A model generated the notes under the pieces. That model was not told where the DNA came from and searched no databases. It was given only the letters and a program-made list of their open reading frames with translations. The translations under genes were made by a program, and so were the position numbers. Shown here piece by piece: positions 29,443-39,129 of a DNA stretch of 61,169 nucleotides; the first letter of the stretch is position 1; the number at the start of each line of letters is the position of its first letter. This DNA is from an uncultured archaeon (GTDB taxonomy: Archaea; Thermoproteota; Bathyarchaeia; Bathyarchaeales; DTEX01): positions 1 to 61,169 of the forward strand of contig CALKGV010000027.1 in assembly GCA_938091805.1 (NCBI GenBank). The letters are read 5' to 3'.

Positions 29443-32400
29443 ATGCCTTACATTAAACGAATAGAAATAAATGGTTTCAAAACGTTTGGCTTAAAAACAA
29501 CGCTTACATTTGAAAGGGGCTTTACAGCTATAACTGGGCCGAATGGTAGCGGTAAAACAAACATAATTGACGCGGTTCTATTTTGCATGGGTGAGTTAAG
29601 CGCTAAGAGGCTTAGATCTGAGAGCTTCTCCAACCTCATATTCAACGGAGGCTCAAGCTCAAGCGTCAGGAAGAATGAGGCTAAGGTTGTAATTCAATTT
29701 GACAATTCGGACGGGCGTATACCGGTTGAAACAGCAACTGTCACCATATCGCGGGAAATTGACCGGAACGGTGAAAGCACCTATAGAATAAACGGAAGAA
29801 GGGTTCCTAGAAATCATCTGCTTGAGGTCCTCTCAATAGCCGGTATAAGCTCTTATGGACACAACATTATTCTTCAGGGCACACTTACACGTATGGCTGA
29901 GATCTCACCACAGGAACGAAGAAAAATAATTGAGGATATGCTTGGAATAGCGCAATACGACGCAGAAAAGGCTGAAGCTGAATCCAAGCTTAAAGAGGCT
30001 GATATAGCGATAAAAACCGCCTTAGGTCAGATAAGCGAGGTTCAGAAAAGGCTTGAGGATTTGGAAAGAGAGAGAAATAACCTCTTACGATATAACTTTC
30101 TTAGAAGAGAGATTAAATACCTTGAGGCTGTGAAAACCTCCTGGGAGATAAAAAGGTTAAGAGCTGAAGCGGAAAAGATATCGCGTGAGATAGCGGATCT
30201 TGAAGAAAAGAACAGGATAATTTTAGAGAACAGGGAGAATCTGAGGCTTAAACGCCGCGATATGGAAGGTGAACTGCGAAAGCTCGGTTTTGACGAGGTT
30301 GAGAAAAAGCAAGCCTGCATTTTAGAAATCCAGACGGACATAAGTAACCTTAAATCTAGACTTAGTGAGATAGCGTCTAGAGTGGGTTCTGGAAGAAGCA
30401 ATCTTGAGAGGCTTAAAAGGATTAGGGAGAGCCTTCAACAGCGGTATACTTCAGTGCTGAGGGAGATCGAGGAGACTGAGGAGAAGATTAAGCAGCTTGA
30501 CGCTGAGCAATCTAGACTTAGCGGGGAAATTAATGAGAAACAAGCCCTTTACGAATCCATAGTGCAGGAGCTTTCCAAGGTAGGATCATTATTTGAGGAG
30601 AAAGCTAAGAAAATTAATGACTTAGAAGATGAGCTAGGCAAAATCAGCAAAGAAAAAGTTTCGATAGAAGGTGAACATGCAAGGGCTCAGTCTAAAATAA
30701 ACGTTTTTGCGCAGAGATTGGAGGATCTAAAGGTGAAAAGGGACGAACTGAAAAATTCGTACGGAAGACTTCAAGAATCGCTGTCTAAGCTTCAAGAAAT
30801 AATGAACGCCCAGACGGGGCGGCTGAACAATCTTAAAGAATCTCTTGAAAGACGAGTTAAACGGAAAAGCCTTGTGGAGAGGGAGATTAAAGAGGCTGAG
30901 AAGGTCGCTGAGTACGCGAAGGGGGTGCTCATCGAGTTTGAGGCGCAAAAGAAGATGGCGAATAAAATCAAATCTGAGGAAAATGCACTAAAAAATATCG
31001 AAGACCTCGCCGCTATGGGCGTTATAACAGGTGTGCATGGGAGACTTAAAAATCTAATAAAGATAGAAAATGGCTATGAGCGGGCAATAGAAGCTGCGGC
31101 TTCCGGATGGCTTAACTCGCTTATTGTGGAAGATGTGAATGTTGCATTTACATGCATGGAAACATTAAAAAGGGTGAAGCTTGGAAGGGTGAAAATTATT
31201 CCCTTGAATAGTTTATCATTTAATAGTGATGTTAAAGTTCCTGAGATTGAGGGGATAGTTGGGAAAGCATCCTCATTTATAAAGTCTGAAAAACGTTACG
31301 AACAGGCGGTAAACTTTGTCTTCGGAGATACATTACTGGCTTTAAACGATGATGCTGCATTAAAGGTTTCAAAAGATGGTTTTAGGGCGGTTACTTTAAG
31401 CGGGGATCTATATGAAGCTGGTGGGGGTGTTGAAGGCGGCTACTACAGAGCTCCTATCGATCTTTCATCCTTCATACCCAGCGATGAAACTTTGAAAAAC
31501 CTGGAGCGAGCAGTTAAAGCTTTAAGGGGGCATCTTGAAAATAGGGAGAATATTGTTGCTGAAATAGAGAATGATATTGCTGAAACAAAAGTAGAATTAG
31601 TGAAGATCTCTGAGTCCATGGTTAAGCTTGAGAGTGAAGCTGAGCGGATTAAAAAGAGCATGATTCAAGTGGAATCAAGCATAAAGCAGGTTGAAAACAA
31701 CATATCTGACTTAATGAATCGCATAGAGAAGGAAAAAGCGCAAATAGCCCTCTTCGAATCGCGCCTTCAGGGGCTCAGCGAAATGGAGAAGTTGAAGAGA
31801 GAGGAGATGGAGCGCCTAAGAAGCGATGTCAATCTGCTAAAGGTTCATGACGCTGAGGCGCGGCGCGAATCAGTATCCAAGGAAATGATCCTTTTAAGGC
31901 AGAAATATAACCGAGTTGAATCCGAAATTTCAACTTTAAGATCTAAGTTGGAAAACGTTTTAAGGATCAATCTAAATGACTTGACAGCGCAGCTGGAGGA
32001 TGTGTCTGAACAGATTTCAGCCTTAGAGAATGATATTGCTGACGCATTGAGAGAGGATCAGGAGACCAGGGGAAGAATTGAGGAGCTGGAGAGGGCTAAA
32101 ATTGAAATCTCTAAATTGATTTTAAGAGATAAAAAAGAGGCGGAAAAGTTTACTTCGCAAATAGATGTCATAGACAATGATCTGCTGAAACTCGAGAAGA
32201 TATATGAGGAGGGGGTTAAAAAACTTAATGATTTAAAACTGAAGATCCAAACAATAAATCTCCAGCTAAACCAGCATATGGAGCGCCTTAAAACGCTGGG
32301 CTATGAATCTCCGCTGGATATTATGCAGGGCGCGCTTGAGGGTATTGATTCCCGGGTTGAATCTATGAAGATGGAAATCGACCGCATAGGCGCAGTTAAT

Positions 32401-32991
32401 CAGCTCGCCGACGCGCAGTATGTGGAACAAGCCTCAAGATATAAGGAGCTATCCGTGAGGTTAAATGAGTTAGAAAAGGAGAAGATGGCAATCGTAAAAT
32501 TCATTGAGGAGATTGAGCAGAAAAAATATAGAATTTTCATGGATGCCTTCAATAAAATAAATGAACGGATAGATAACTGCTTCTCTAGATTAACTGGCGG
32601 TGGAAACGCCTCTCTTAAGCTTGAGAACCCTGATAATCCCCTCGCTGGAGGGGTTGACATGGTTGTTCAATTTCCAAATAAGCCGCCCATTCTGATCAGT
32701 GGGGCAAGTAGCGGGGAAAGATCGGTTTCAGCGGTTGCATTCCTATTCGCCCTACAAGAGTTTTCACCCGCCTCATTCTACTTATTTGATGAAATAGACG
32801 CTCACTTAGATGCCTTCCATGTTGAAAGACTAGGCGAGCTCTTAGCTGAAGAAGCATCTAGGTCGCAGCTACAATTCATAGTTGTAACGCTAAAGCCCGA
32901 GATGATAAGTAAAGCCAGTAGAATATATGGCGTATATGGGCAGAATGGGATATCCCATGTAGTTTCAACAACATTTAAGGGTGTAGCGTAA
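29443..32991 (+). CDS. smc: chromosome segregation protein SMC
   Basis: N-terminal Walker A GPNGSGKTN, long coiled coils, a central hinge, and C-terminal LSGGE-type signature (SGASSGERS) with Walker B LFDEIDAHLD. Confidence 0.97.
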   Translation: MPYIKRIEINGFKTFGLKTTLTFERGFTAITGPNGSGKTNIIDAVLFCMGELSAKRLRSESFSNLIFNGGSSSSVRKNEAKVVIQFDNSDGRIPVETATVTISREIDRNGESTYRINGRRVPRNHLLEVLSIAGISSYGHNIILQGTLTRMAEISPQERRKIIEDMLGIAQYDAEKAEAESKLKEADIAIKTALGQISEVQKRLEDLERERNNLLRYNFLRREIKYLEAVKTSWEIKRLRAEAEKISREIADLEEKNRIILENRENLRLKRRDMEGELRKLGFDEVEKKQACILEIQTDISNLKSRLSEIASRVGSGRSNLERLKRIRESLQQRYTSVLREIEETEEKIKQLDAEQSRLSGEINEKQALYESIVQELSKVGSLFEEKAKKINDLEDELGKISKEKVSIEGEHARAQSKINVFAQRLEDLKVKRDELKNSYGRLQESLSKLQEIMNAQTGRLNNLKESLERRVKRKSLVEREIKEAEKVAEYAKGVLIEFEAQKKMANKIKSEENALKNIEDLAAMGVITGVHGRLKNLIKIENGYERAIEAAASGWLNSLIVEDVNVAFTCMETLKRVKLGRVKIIPLNSLSFNSDVKVPEIEGIVGKASSFIKSEKRYEQAVNFVFGDTLLALNDDAALKVSKDGFRAVTLSGDLYEAGGGVEGGYYRAPIDLSSFIPSDETLKNLERAVKALRGHLENRENIVAEIENDIAETKVELVKISESMVKLESEAERIKKSMIQVESSIKQVENNISDLMNRIEKEKAQIALFESRLQGLSEMEKLKREEMERLRSDVNLLKVHDAEARRESVSKEMILLRQKYNRVESEISTLRSKLENVLRINLNDLTAQLEDVSEQISALENDIADALREDQETRGRIEELERAKIEISKLILRDKKEAEKFTSQIDVIDNDLLKLEKIYEEGVKKLNDLKLKIQTINLQLNQHMERLKTLGYESPLDIMQGALEGIDSRVESMKMEIDRIGAVNQLADAQYVEQASRYKELSVRLNELEKEKMAIVKFIEEIEQKKYRIFMDAFNKINERIDNCFSRLTGGGNASLKLENPDNPLAGGVDMVVQFPNKPPILISGASSGERSVSAVAFLFALQEFSPASFYLFDEIDAHLDAFHVERLGELLAEEASRSQLQFIVVTLKPEMISKASRIYGVYGQNGISHVVSTTFKGVA

Positions 32992-32993
32992 TT

Positions 32994-33707
32994 ATGGAAA
33001 ATATGAAAAAGATGGAAAAAGAATCTGGCAAACCATTCTATTTGCATCCGCCCTGGGACATATTATTTAATTTAGAGAGGTTGCGGAAGATCAATCCATG
33101 GAATATAGACATAGCTTTCCTGCTTTCTTCCTTTCTTGAGGAAATGGAGCGGAGGGCAAGTGTGGATTTTAGAGCCTCCGGTGTAGCTCTTGACTCCTCA
33201 GCATCCATATACCTCATGAAATCTAACCTTCTCCTAAAACTTGAGGAGCCTCCGGAAGCTGAGTCGAGGCAGAGCGCCGTCGATTTTGTTCCCCCTCCCT
33301 TAATCCTTCCGTTACGCTATGAGCTAACCACGACAACGATTCAGAATCTTCTGGAAGCCCTAGATGAAGCCCTTAAAAGTGAGAATCTTCTCCCAATTAG
33401 GACACCTTCTAAACCAATACTGCCTCCGCCAGAAATTATGCCTACTATAAGCATGTATCTAATGGAGATTGAGAAGGAAATAGAGAGATTAACCAGCAAA
33501 ATGCTTATCTTATCTAGAAGAGGTGAAATTTTATCATTCTCAAAGCTAGCTGAAGGTTTAGCGAAAATTGAAATAATAAAAGTGTTTCTAATTCTTCTTT
33601 TCATGGCGCATAAAGGTAGAATAACCCTGTGGCAGCAAGAAGATCTGGGCGAAATATATATAACGCTTAATGGAGCTGGAGCGGTCAGGATTGAAGGCGA
33701 TGGCTAA
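32994..33707 (+). CDS. scpA: segregation and condensation protein A (kleisin)
   Basis: Immediately follows smc. Size and pattern fit ScpA (NPWNIDIAFLL...). Confidence 0.8.
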   Translation: MENMKKMEKESGKPFYLHPPWDILFNLERLRKINPWNIDIAFLLSSFLEEMERRASVDFRASGVALDSSASIYLMKSNLLLKLEEPPEAESRQSAVDFVPPPLILPLRYELTTTTIQNLLEALDEALKSENLLPIRTPSKPILPPPEIMPTISMYLMEIEKEIERLTSKMLILSRRGEILSFSKLAEGLAKIEIIKVFLILLFMAHKGRITLWQQEDLGEIYITLNGAGAVRIEGDG

Positions 33708-34344
33708 TAATAGCGTCCTTAGCGCTCAAATAATCCAAGGGAAAAGAAAAAGGGCAAGTAGGGAGGATGTGGAAACAAAATTAAGGCTTATAGAGGCAGC
33801 GTTGTATGTTGCCGGCCGACCACTGGATTTGAAGACTTTATGCAGCATAGTTAACTCACGCTCTGAGAGAAAAGTTCAAAAGCTTACTAGAATGCTGATT
33901 GAGGAATATAAAAAACGCAACACCGCCCTGGAAATACTTGAACTTGAGGATAATAGATTTGTTCTGCAACTTAAAAATGAGTGTTCAGACAGGGTTAGGA
34001 GACTTGCCATTAGACCTTTGCTTACAGATGGACCGTTAAGAACACTATCGTATATAGCCTATAGGCAACCGATCGCCCAGAAGCAGGTTATTGAAGTTAG
34101 AGGTAAACACGCCTATAGACATATAAGCGAACTTGTGGAAATGGATCTGATAAGTCGGGAAAGAAACGGCAGAGATTTCATTTTAAGAACCACCGATTAC
34201 TTTGCCGATTACTTCGGTTTGAGCCGTAACGTTCAAACCATGAAGCGCCAGCTAAAAAGAATCTTTGATAGAAGGGGGGAGGAAAAGTTGCCGGCCGATG
34301 GCGCTGCTAGAATGCAGGGGCAACAAAGTGAAACCTTAAAGTAA
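33700..34344 (+). CDS. scpB: segregation and condensation protein B
   Basis: IEAALYVAGRPL...LRTLSYIAYRQPI..K.VIEVRG are ScpB winged-helix motifs. ATG 33700 overlaps the scpA stop (ATGGCTAA). Confidence 0.85.
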   Translation: MANNSVLSAQIIQGKRKRASREDVETKLRLIEAALYVAGRPLDLKTLCSIVNSRSERKVQKLTRMLIEEYKKRNTALEILELEDNRFVLQLKNECSDRVRRLAIRPLLTDGPLRTLSYIAYRQPIAQKQVIEVRGKHAYRHISELVEMDLISRERNGRDFILRTTDYFADYFGLSRNVQTMKRQLKRIFDRRGEEKLPADGAARMQGQQSETLK

Positions 34345-34371
34345 TTGCGGCACTTCTCCAGAGGCGAAAAC

Positions 34372-35808
34372 CTTATGGACAGCTTCATCGCGGTTTTTGA
34401 TGTAGGGAAATCTAATAAAAAATTCCTAGTGTTTTCCGAAAACTTGGAGCCCATCTACTCGGAGTCGGTAAGGATAGATGAAATAAGGATTAATAGCTTG
34501 ATATGTGATGATGCTGAGTCGATGCTCTCTTGGATGCGGGCTAAATTAGCAGATGCTGATGAAAAGTGGCCTATTAAAGCATTGGCCGTAACAACGTTCG
34601 GCGCCACAATTGCTAATCTGAAAAGCGGCTTTTTAAGATTGCCAATAATATCTTACAATCAAGATGTTGAAGAGCAAATTAAGGAAAAATTTTACGCTGA
34701 ATTTGGGAGTCCCCTTGAACTTTATATGTTGACCGGTACACCGCCATACGGTCAACTCTTAAACGCCGGGATACAGATATTTTGGATTAGAGAGAAGTTT
34801 CCGGAAATATTTAATGATGTAGATGAAATCCTATTTCTGCCGCAGTACCTCACATATGCGCTTACTGGCTTAAAGTCCAGTGAGGTTACGAGCCTAGGTT
34901 GCCATACATACCTATACGACATAACTAGGAGGGGATGGAGCTCAGTTGCTGAGGGACTTAGGGTTAATGCTAGGTCGCCAAAGATATTTGATGTCTGGAG
35001 CCCTATAGGCGAGTTTAAATTTAAGTCTTCAAATTTGCTTGTGACACCCGGCATACATGACTCAAACGCATGTCTACTGCCCTATATCGCCAAGGGAGGA
35101 GATTTCCTCTTGGCTTCAACCGGCACATGGTGCGTGTTTATGTGCCCAATGGAAGATTTCAGGCCTAAACGTGAGGATCTGTACAGGGACGTCCTATATT
35201 ACGTTGATGCCTATGGCAGACCAGTCAGATCCTCAAGATTTAAGGGAGGCTTCGAATACGATTACTACAAAACAATTATAGAAAATAAATTCTCAATAAA
35301 GCCTGAGAACATGAACTTAGATATGAACGTTCTAAAGGGAATTTTAAGACGCAAAGATATTATAACACCTGGTCTAGTAGAAGGTTCCGGCCAATTTCAA
35401 AATTCAAAGGCAAGGATAATTGGTGAGGCGTTCCGCATAGGTGCGAAGGAAGCCTACCACTTGCTTAATCTATATTTGGCAGTAGAATCCTATGTTGCAA
35501 TAAACTTGGTGACTGGAAAAAGAGATGTCGACATAATAGTCCAGGGGGGTTTCGCTAAAAACAACATATATCTCGCGACTCTATCAGCACTTTTTCCAGA
35601 AAGCAAGATTCTAAGAGCAACATTTCCTGAGGCAACCGGTTTAGGGGCGGCATTATGTGCTAAATGCGCTTTAGAGGGGATTAAGCCACATGAGATAGCT
35701 AAAGATCTGCTGCTAATTGGTGAGGAGGTTCCTAAGCCGCCGCTGGACATGGATGATCTTAGAGAATATTTGGAAGCCTTCATTAACGAGGCATCTTTCA
35801 GCCGCTAA
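34372..35808 (+). CDS. FGGY-family carbohydrate kinase
   Basis: N-terminal IAVFDVGKSN (actin-fold ATPase phosphate-1), GIHDSNA and GGFAKN blocks. Confidence 0.8.
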   Translation, partial: LMDSFIAVFDVGKSNKKFLVFSENLEPIYSESVRIDEIRINSLICDDAESMLSWMRAKLADADEKWPIKALAVTTFGATIANLKSGFLRLPIISYNQDVEEQIKEKFYAEFGSPLELYMLTGTPPYGQLLNAGIQIFWIREKFPEIFNDVDEILFLPQYLTYALTGLKSSEVTSLGCHTYLYDITRRGWSSVAEGLRVNARSPKIFDVWSPIGEFKFKSSNLLVTPGIHDSNACLLPYIAKGGDFLLASTGTWCVFMCPMEDFRPKREDLYRDVLYYVDAYGRPVRSSRFKGGFEYDYYKTIIENKFSIKPENMNLDMNVLKGILRRKDIITPGLVEGSGQFQNSKARIIGEAFRIGAKEAYHLLNLYLAVESYVAINLVTGKRDVDIIVQGGFAKNNIYLATLSALFPESKILRATFPEATGLGAALCAKCALEGIKPHEIAKDLLLIGEEVPKPPLDMDDLREYLEAFINEASFSR

Positions 35809-35865
35809 ACTTATATTAACCTAAGATGTCTCTTAAATCCTCAAGAATATGAGAGGAGAATACTG

Positions 35866-36261
35866 ATGTCCGTGTGGCATGGTGATCTGCATAAAAAGAA
35901 GCCAAGTGGAGGGAAGAGAAGGCCGTATAGGGGAAAAAGAAAGTACGAAATGGGCTCATTTCCAACAGAGACAACCTTAGGGGAACATGTAACTAAGGCA
36001 AGCCGGAGAAAAGGTGGAAACGTAAAAGTTAGATTGGTGAGCGCAAAATGGGTGAACGTTTCAAACCCTGAGACCGGGGAAACAAAGAAGGTTGAAATTC
36101 TTAGGGTTGTGAAAAATCCAGCTAATGTGGATTATGATAGGAGAGGCGTAATAACGAGGGGTTGCATCGTAGAGACCCCGCTGGGAACAGCCCGCGTAAC
36201 ATCAAGACCAGGTCAATATGGCATTTTAAACGCGGTGTTAATCAGTAAGAGGGAAGAGTAG
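35866..36261 (+). CDS. rps8e: 30S ribosomal protein S8e
   Basis: WHGDLHKKKPSGGKRR... is the typical S8e N-terminus, in a 131-aa protein. Confidence 0.93.
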   Translation: MSVWHGDLHKKKPSGGKRRPYRGKRKYEMGSFPTETTLGEHVTKASRRKGGNVKVRLVSAKWVNVSNPETGETKKVEILRVVKNPANVDYDRRGVITRGCIVETPLGTARVTSRPGQYGILNAVLISKREE

Positions 36262-36268
36262 CCTGAGG

Positions 36269-36565
36269 ATGCGGAGAAAAAACGAGGTAGTGCTCTGGAC
36301 TGTTTACTTTGATTCTTCGAGGAGCAGAAGCGCAGGGAGGCGTTTACCTAAAAATCTCAGCGTGCCCTCGCCGAACATAGAGATGCTGGAAAAGGCCGTA
36401 GAAAATCTTGGCCTAAAATATGAGGTTTTTCCAGAAGCAGCATATTCACGTCGCCCATGGGTTAAATCAGGTTTTATAATAGCGGAAAAAGGGAAAAGAA
36501 GTAAAAATAAAATTCTTAAAGATGTTGCAACTGAGATGATTAAAATTTCTAAGGGTTCAGCGTAA
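36269..36565 (+). CDS. srp19: signal recognition particle protein SRP19
   Basis: VLWTVYFDSSRSRSAGRRLPK pattern in a 98-aa protein. Confidence 0.88.
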   Translation: MRRKNEVVLWTVYFDSSRSRSAGRRLPKNLSVPSPNIEMLEKAVENLGLKYEVFPEAAYSRRPWVKSGFIIAEKGKRSKNKILKDVATEMIKISKGSA

Positions 36566-36633
36566 GGTTCCCTAAGAAATGCTTAAATAATTGATTGAGT
36601 TCATTTTTTTATCCATCTTTTTGGTGTAGGAAT

Positions 36634-36900
36634 ATGAGTTTGAAGAAGATCGGTCAAATTCTGTATGCTGGCCCCGGCAACAAAGCTATTGCCAAGGTCG
36701 AGGTTCCTCCAGATCTCGGCGCAACAGTTTTCGACATCAGAAAAAAACCAATAGGCGTGGTTCTCGATGTTTTTGGACCCGTAAGTTCACCCTACATTGA
36801 AGTTGAAGTTAAAAGGCAGGATCCGAGGAAGGTCATTAATTATCAAATTTTTGCTCTTCCAAAATCTAAGCATATTAAGGTTAAGGGGAAGAATAAATGA
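36634..36900 (+). CDS. gar1: H/ACA RNP protein Gar1
   Basis: KKIGQILY...IGVVLDVFGPVSSPYIEV. ATG 36634 is preferred, and the stop overlaps the tfb start (ATGA). Confidence 0.85.
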   Translation: MSLKKIGQILYAGPGNKAIAKVEVPPDLGATVFDIRKKPIGVVLDVFGPVSSPYIEVEVKRQDPRKVINYQIFALPKSKHIKVKGKNK

Positions 36901-37844
36901 GCGAAGATGAGGAACGCTCTCTTCCCCCCGGCTTTAAGGACATTCAACGTTGTCCAGAGTGCGGCAGCGTAAGGCTGGCTCTGGACTACGAATCTGCAGA
37001 AATAGTTTGTATGGATTGCGGCTACGTCATAGATATGAAAATAGCTGATCAAGGGCCGGAATGGCGTGCCTTCGACAATGAGCAAAGGGATAAACGATCT
37101 AGGGTTGGTGCGCCGGTAACATTTACAATGCATGATAAGGGCTTATTTACGATGATTGATTGGCATGACAGGGATGCTTTCGGCAAAAAGTTTGATGCTG
37201 GGCAGAAAGCTCAGATATATAGGCTTAGGAAGTGGCAGAGGCGGATAAGGGTTTCAGATGCTATGGAAAGAAACTTGGCTTTTGCGCTCTCGGAGATCGC
37301 AAAAATAATTAACAATTTATCGTTGCCTAAAAGCATATTTGAAACAAGTTCTATAATCTATAGAAAGGCAGTTAAGGAACACTTGATCCGCGGCAGATCG
37401 ATTCAAGGCATAAGCGCAGCCTCAGTATATATTGCATGTAGACAATGTAACCTGCCGAGGACCCTTGACGAGATAGCGGCTGCGGCAAACATAAATAAGA
37501 GGGAGGTTGGTCGAAGCTATAGATTCCTCGTTAAGGAGCTTAATCTCTCCATACCGCCGCTTAAAGCAAGCCACTACATATCAAAATTCTCAAATCAACT
37601 TGTGATGCAGGGGAAGGTTGAGGAGATCGCAAATAAAATTTTGAGAGCTGCATCTGAGCTCAAGCTAACCTCTGGCAGAGGACCAACTGGCATAGCTGCT
37701 GCAGCGAGTTACGTGGCTTCGGTTATAGTTGGTGAAAAACGAACGCAAAGAGAGATAGCTGAAACAGCAAAAGTAACCGAGGTGACGATAAGGAATAGGT
37801 ATAAGGAGATTGTTGAGCGGCTGATGTTTATCGTAACACTTTAG
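36897..37844 (+). CDS. tfb: transcription initiation factor B (TFIIB homolog)
   Basis: N-terminal zinc ribbon CPECGS...CMDCG, B-finger and two cyclin repeats. Confidence 0.96.
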   Translation: MSEDEERSLPPGFKDIQRCPECGSVRLALDYESAEIVCMDCGYVIDMKIADQGPEWRAFDNEQRDKRSRVGAPVTFTMHDKGLFTMIDWHDRDAFGKKFDAGQKAQIYRLRKWQRRIRVSDAMERNLAFALSEIAKIINNLSLPKSIFETSSIIYRKAVKEHLIRGRSIQGISAASVYIACRQCNLPRTLDEIAAAANINKREVGRSYRFLVKELNLSIPPLKASHYISKFSNQLVMQGKVEEIANKILRAASELKLTSGRGPTGIAAAASYVASVIVGEKRTQREIAETAKVTEVTIRNRYKEIVERLMFIVTL

Positions 37845-38062
37845 TCAAAATTAACGCTCATCCGGGAAAATGGGTCTTCTGAAGATGAGGCTGAAATAAT
37901 CTCGTTTCAGGAATATCCTCTTGGTCGAAGTTATCTAATCCCTCCACTGTTTCACTGCGCATACGTTTATAACATTTAAATCGTTACAGATTAGGGTAAA
38001 TCCCTGGATGAGGGAAGAAGAAACTTGAGACGTTTTTCGATTACTGGACTATAGAGTATGGA

Positions 38063-38719
38063 GTGCTTGATAGATTGAGAGAATCAAACGGCCTAGACAT
38101 GATCGTTGAAATTATTGAGCGGCTTAAGAATAGCGAGGTTAAGGATTTAGTTTATGTCAGAATTAAAGAGTTTAGGGAGAACATGAATAAACCTATTTCT
38201 GAAATCTTTAAGGAGCTTTGTTTCTGTCTATTAACTGCAAACTTCAGTGCAGAGAGAAGCCTTAAAATTCAATCTGAAATAGGAGATGGCTTCTTAACCC
38301 TTCCAGAGGACGAATTGGCATGTAAGCTTGAGATGTTTGGGCATCGTTTTCCTCAGTCAAGAGCCAAATATATCGTTGAAGCAAGAAAAATGCTCGATCG
38401 GTTAAGAAATGTTCTACGTTCATCTGCGAGCAGCTGGGCAATAAGAGATTGGCTGGTTAAAAATGTTAAGGGCTTGGGCTATAAAGAGGCAAGCCACTTC
38501 CTCAGAAACATCGGCTTCATGGATCTGGCCATTGTGGATTTTCACATAGTTAATCTTTTATCTAGGTATGGATTAATTGTTAAGCCGAAGGTTCTGACGG
38601 CGAAGAAATATTTTGAAATTGAAAGGGTTCTTAAGAAGATAGCGGAAAAGGTTGGGCTTGATCTAGGGGTCCTGGATCTATACCTTTGGTATATGGAGAC
38701 GGGAAAAGTTCTTAAATAG
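38063..38719 (+). CDS. ogg: 8-oxoguanine DNA glycosylase/AP lyase (archaeal Ogg2-type HhH-GPD)
   Basis: VKGLGYKEASHFLRNIGFMDLAIVDFHI block. Confidence 0.8.
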   Translation: MLDRLRESNGLDMIVEIIERLKNSEVKDLVYVRIKEFRENMNKPISEIFKELCFCLLTANFSAERSLKIQSEIGDGFLTLPEDELACKLEMFGHRFPQSRAKYIVEARKMLDRLRNVLRSSASSWAIRDWLVKNVKGLGYKEASHFLRNIGFMDLAIVDFHIVNLLSRYGLIVKPKVLTAKKYFEIERVLKKIAEKVGLDLGVLDLYLWYMETGKVLK

Positions 38720-38889
38720 GCCTTTTAAATACCGAAAAAGAATGATTTTTATTCCCATATAAGTTTAAATTTTTTTTAAAGAGCACATATTGACGAAAGA
38801 ACGGTAAAAGTTGAACTAATTGAGAAAAAATTGATTTTTCAAATCCTTTTTAATGTTTTTCTTCCGTATTTTTCCCCGGAATTTTTGGC

Positions 38890-38905
38890 AAAAATTTATT
38901 TGATT
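38890..38905 (+). promoter_or_regulatory. TATA-like box upstream of the acidic micro-ORF
   Basis: caaaaatttatttgat lies 30-45 nt upstream of ATG 38935, and a GGTGA Shine-Dalgarno sits at 38925-38929. Confidence 0.3.
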
Positions 38906-38934
38906 GTTATATTCTTCTCATGTGGGTGAACCCC

Positions 38935-39057
38935 ATGTCAAAGAGAAAGACCCCGCCAAAGGAGGAAGAGGAAGAAGAGGAAGAGTGGGAAGAAGAGTGG
39001 GGCGAAGAGGACTGGGAAGAAGAGGAAGAGTGGGAAGAAGAGGAAGAAGAGTGGTAA
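38935..39057 (+). CDS. 40-aa hyper-acidic Trp-punctuated micro-protein (MSKRKTPPKEEEEEEEEWEEEWGEEDWEEEEEWEEEEEEW)
   Basis: Hand translation. The ATG is preceded by GGTGA with a 5-nt spacer. The frame holds 24 Glu, 1 Asp and 5 Trp, with mixed GAA/GAG codons, and ends in TAA. The ORF is too short for the supplied track, which reports an out-of-frame Arg/Gly-rich reading (38904..39116) instead. Confidence 0.5.
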   Translation: MSKRKTPPKEEEEEEEEWEEEWGEEDWEEEEEWEEEEEEW

Positions 39058-39129
39058 GCCCCATCTTTAGCTTCCCAGCATTAACTGTAATAACCCCTAT
39101 TTTTACTAATTTTTAAGAATCAGCTTCTT

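Noticed and set aside
37845-38062. A 218-nt gap between tfb and ogg containing a 34-codon minus-strand ORF (MRSETVEGLDNF...).
   Set aside because: It has no Shine-Dalgarno, no recognisable motif and weak support, so I left it unannotated.
38904-39116. ORF-track 70-aa reading with an Arg/Gly-rich repeat (GRRGRVGRRVGRRG...).
   Set aside because: It is the same purine repeat read out of frame. It starts at a TTG inside the putative TATA region without a Shine-Dalgarno. The Glu/Trp frame has ATG plus GGTGA, so I prefer that frame. Dual coding cannot be excluded.
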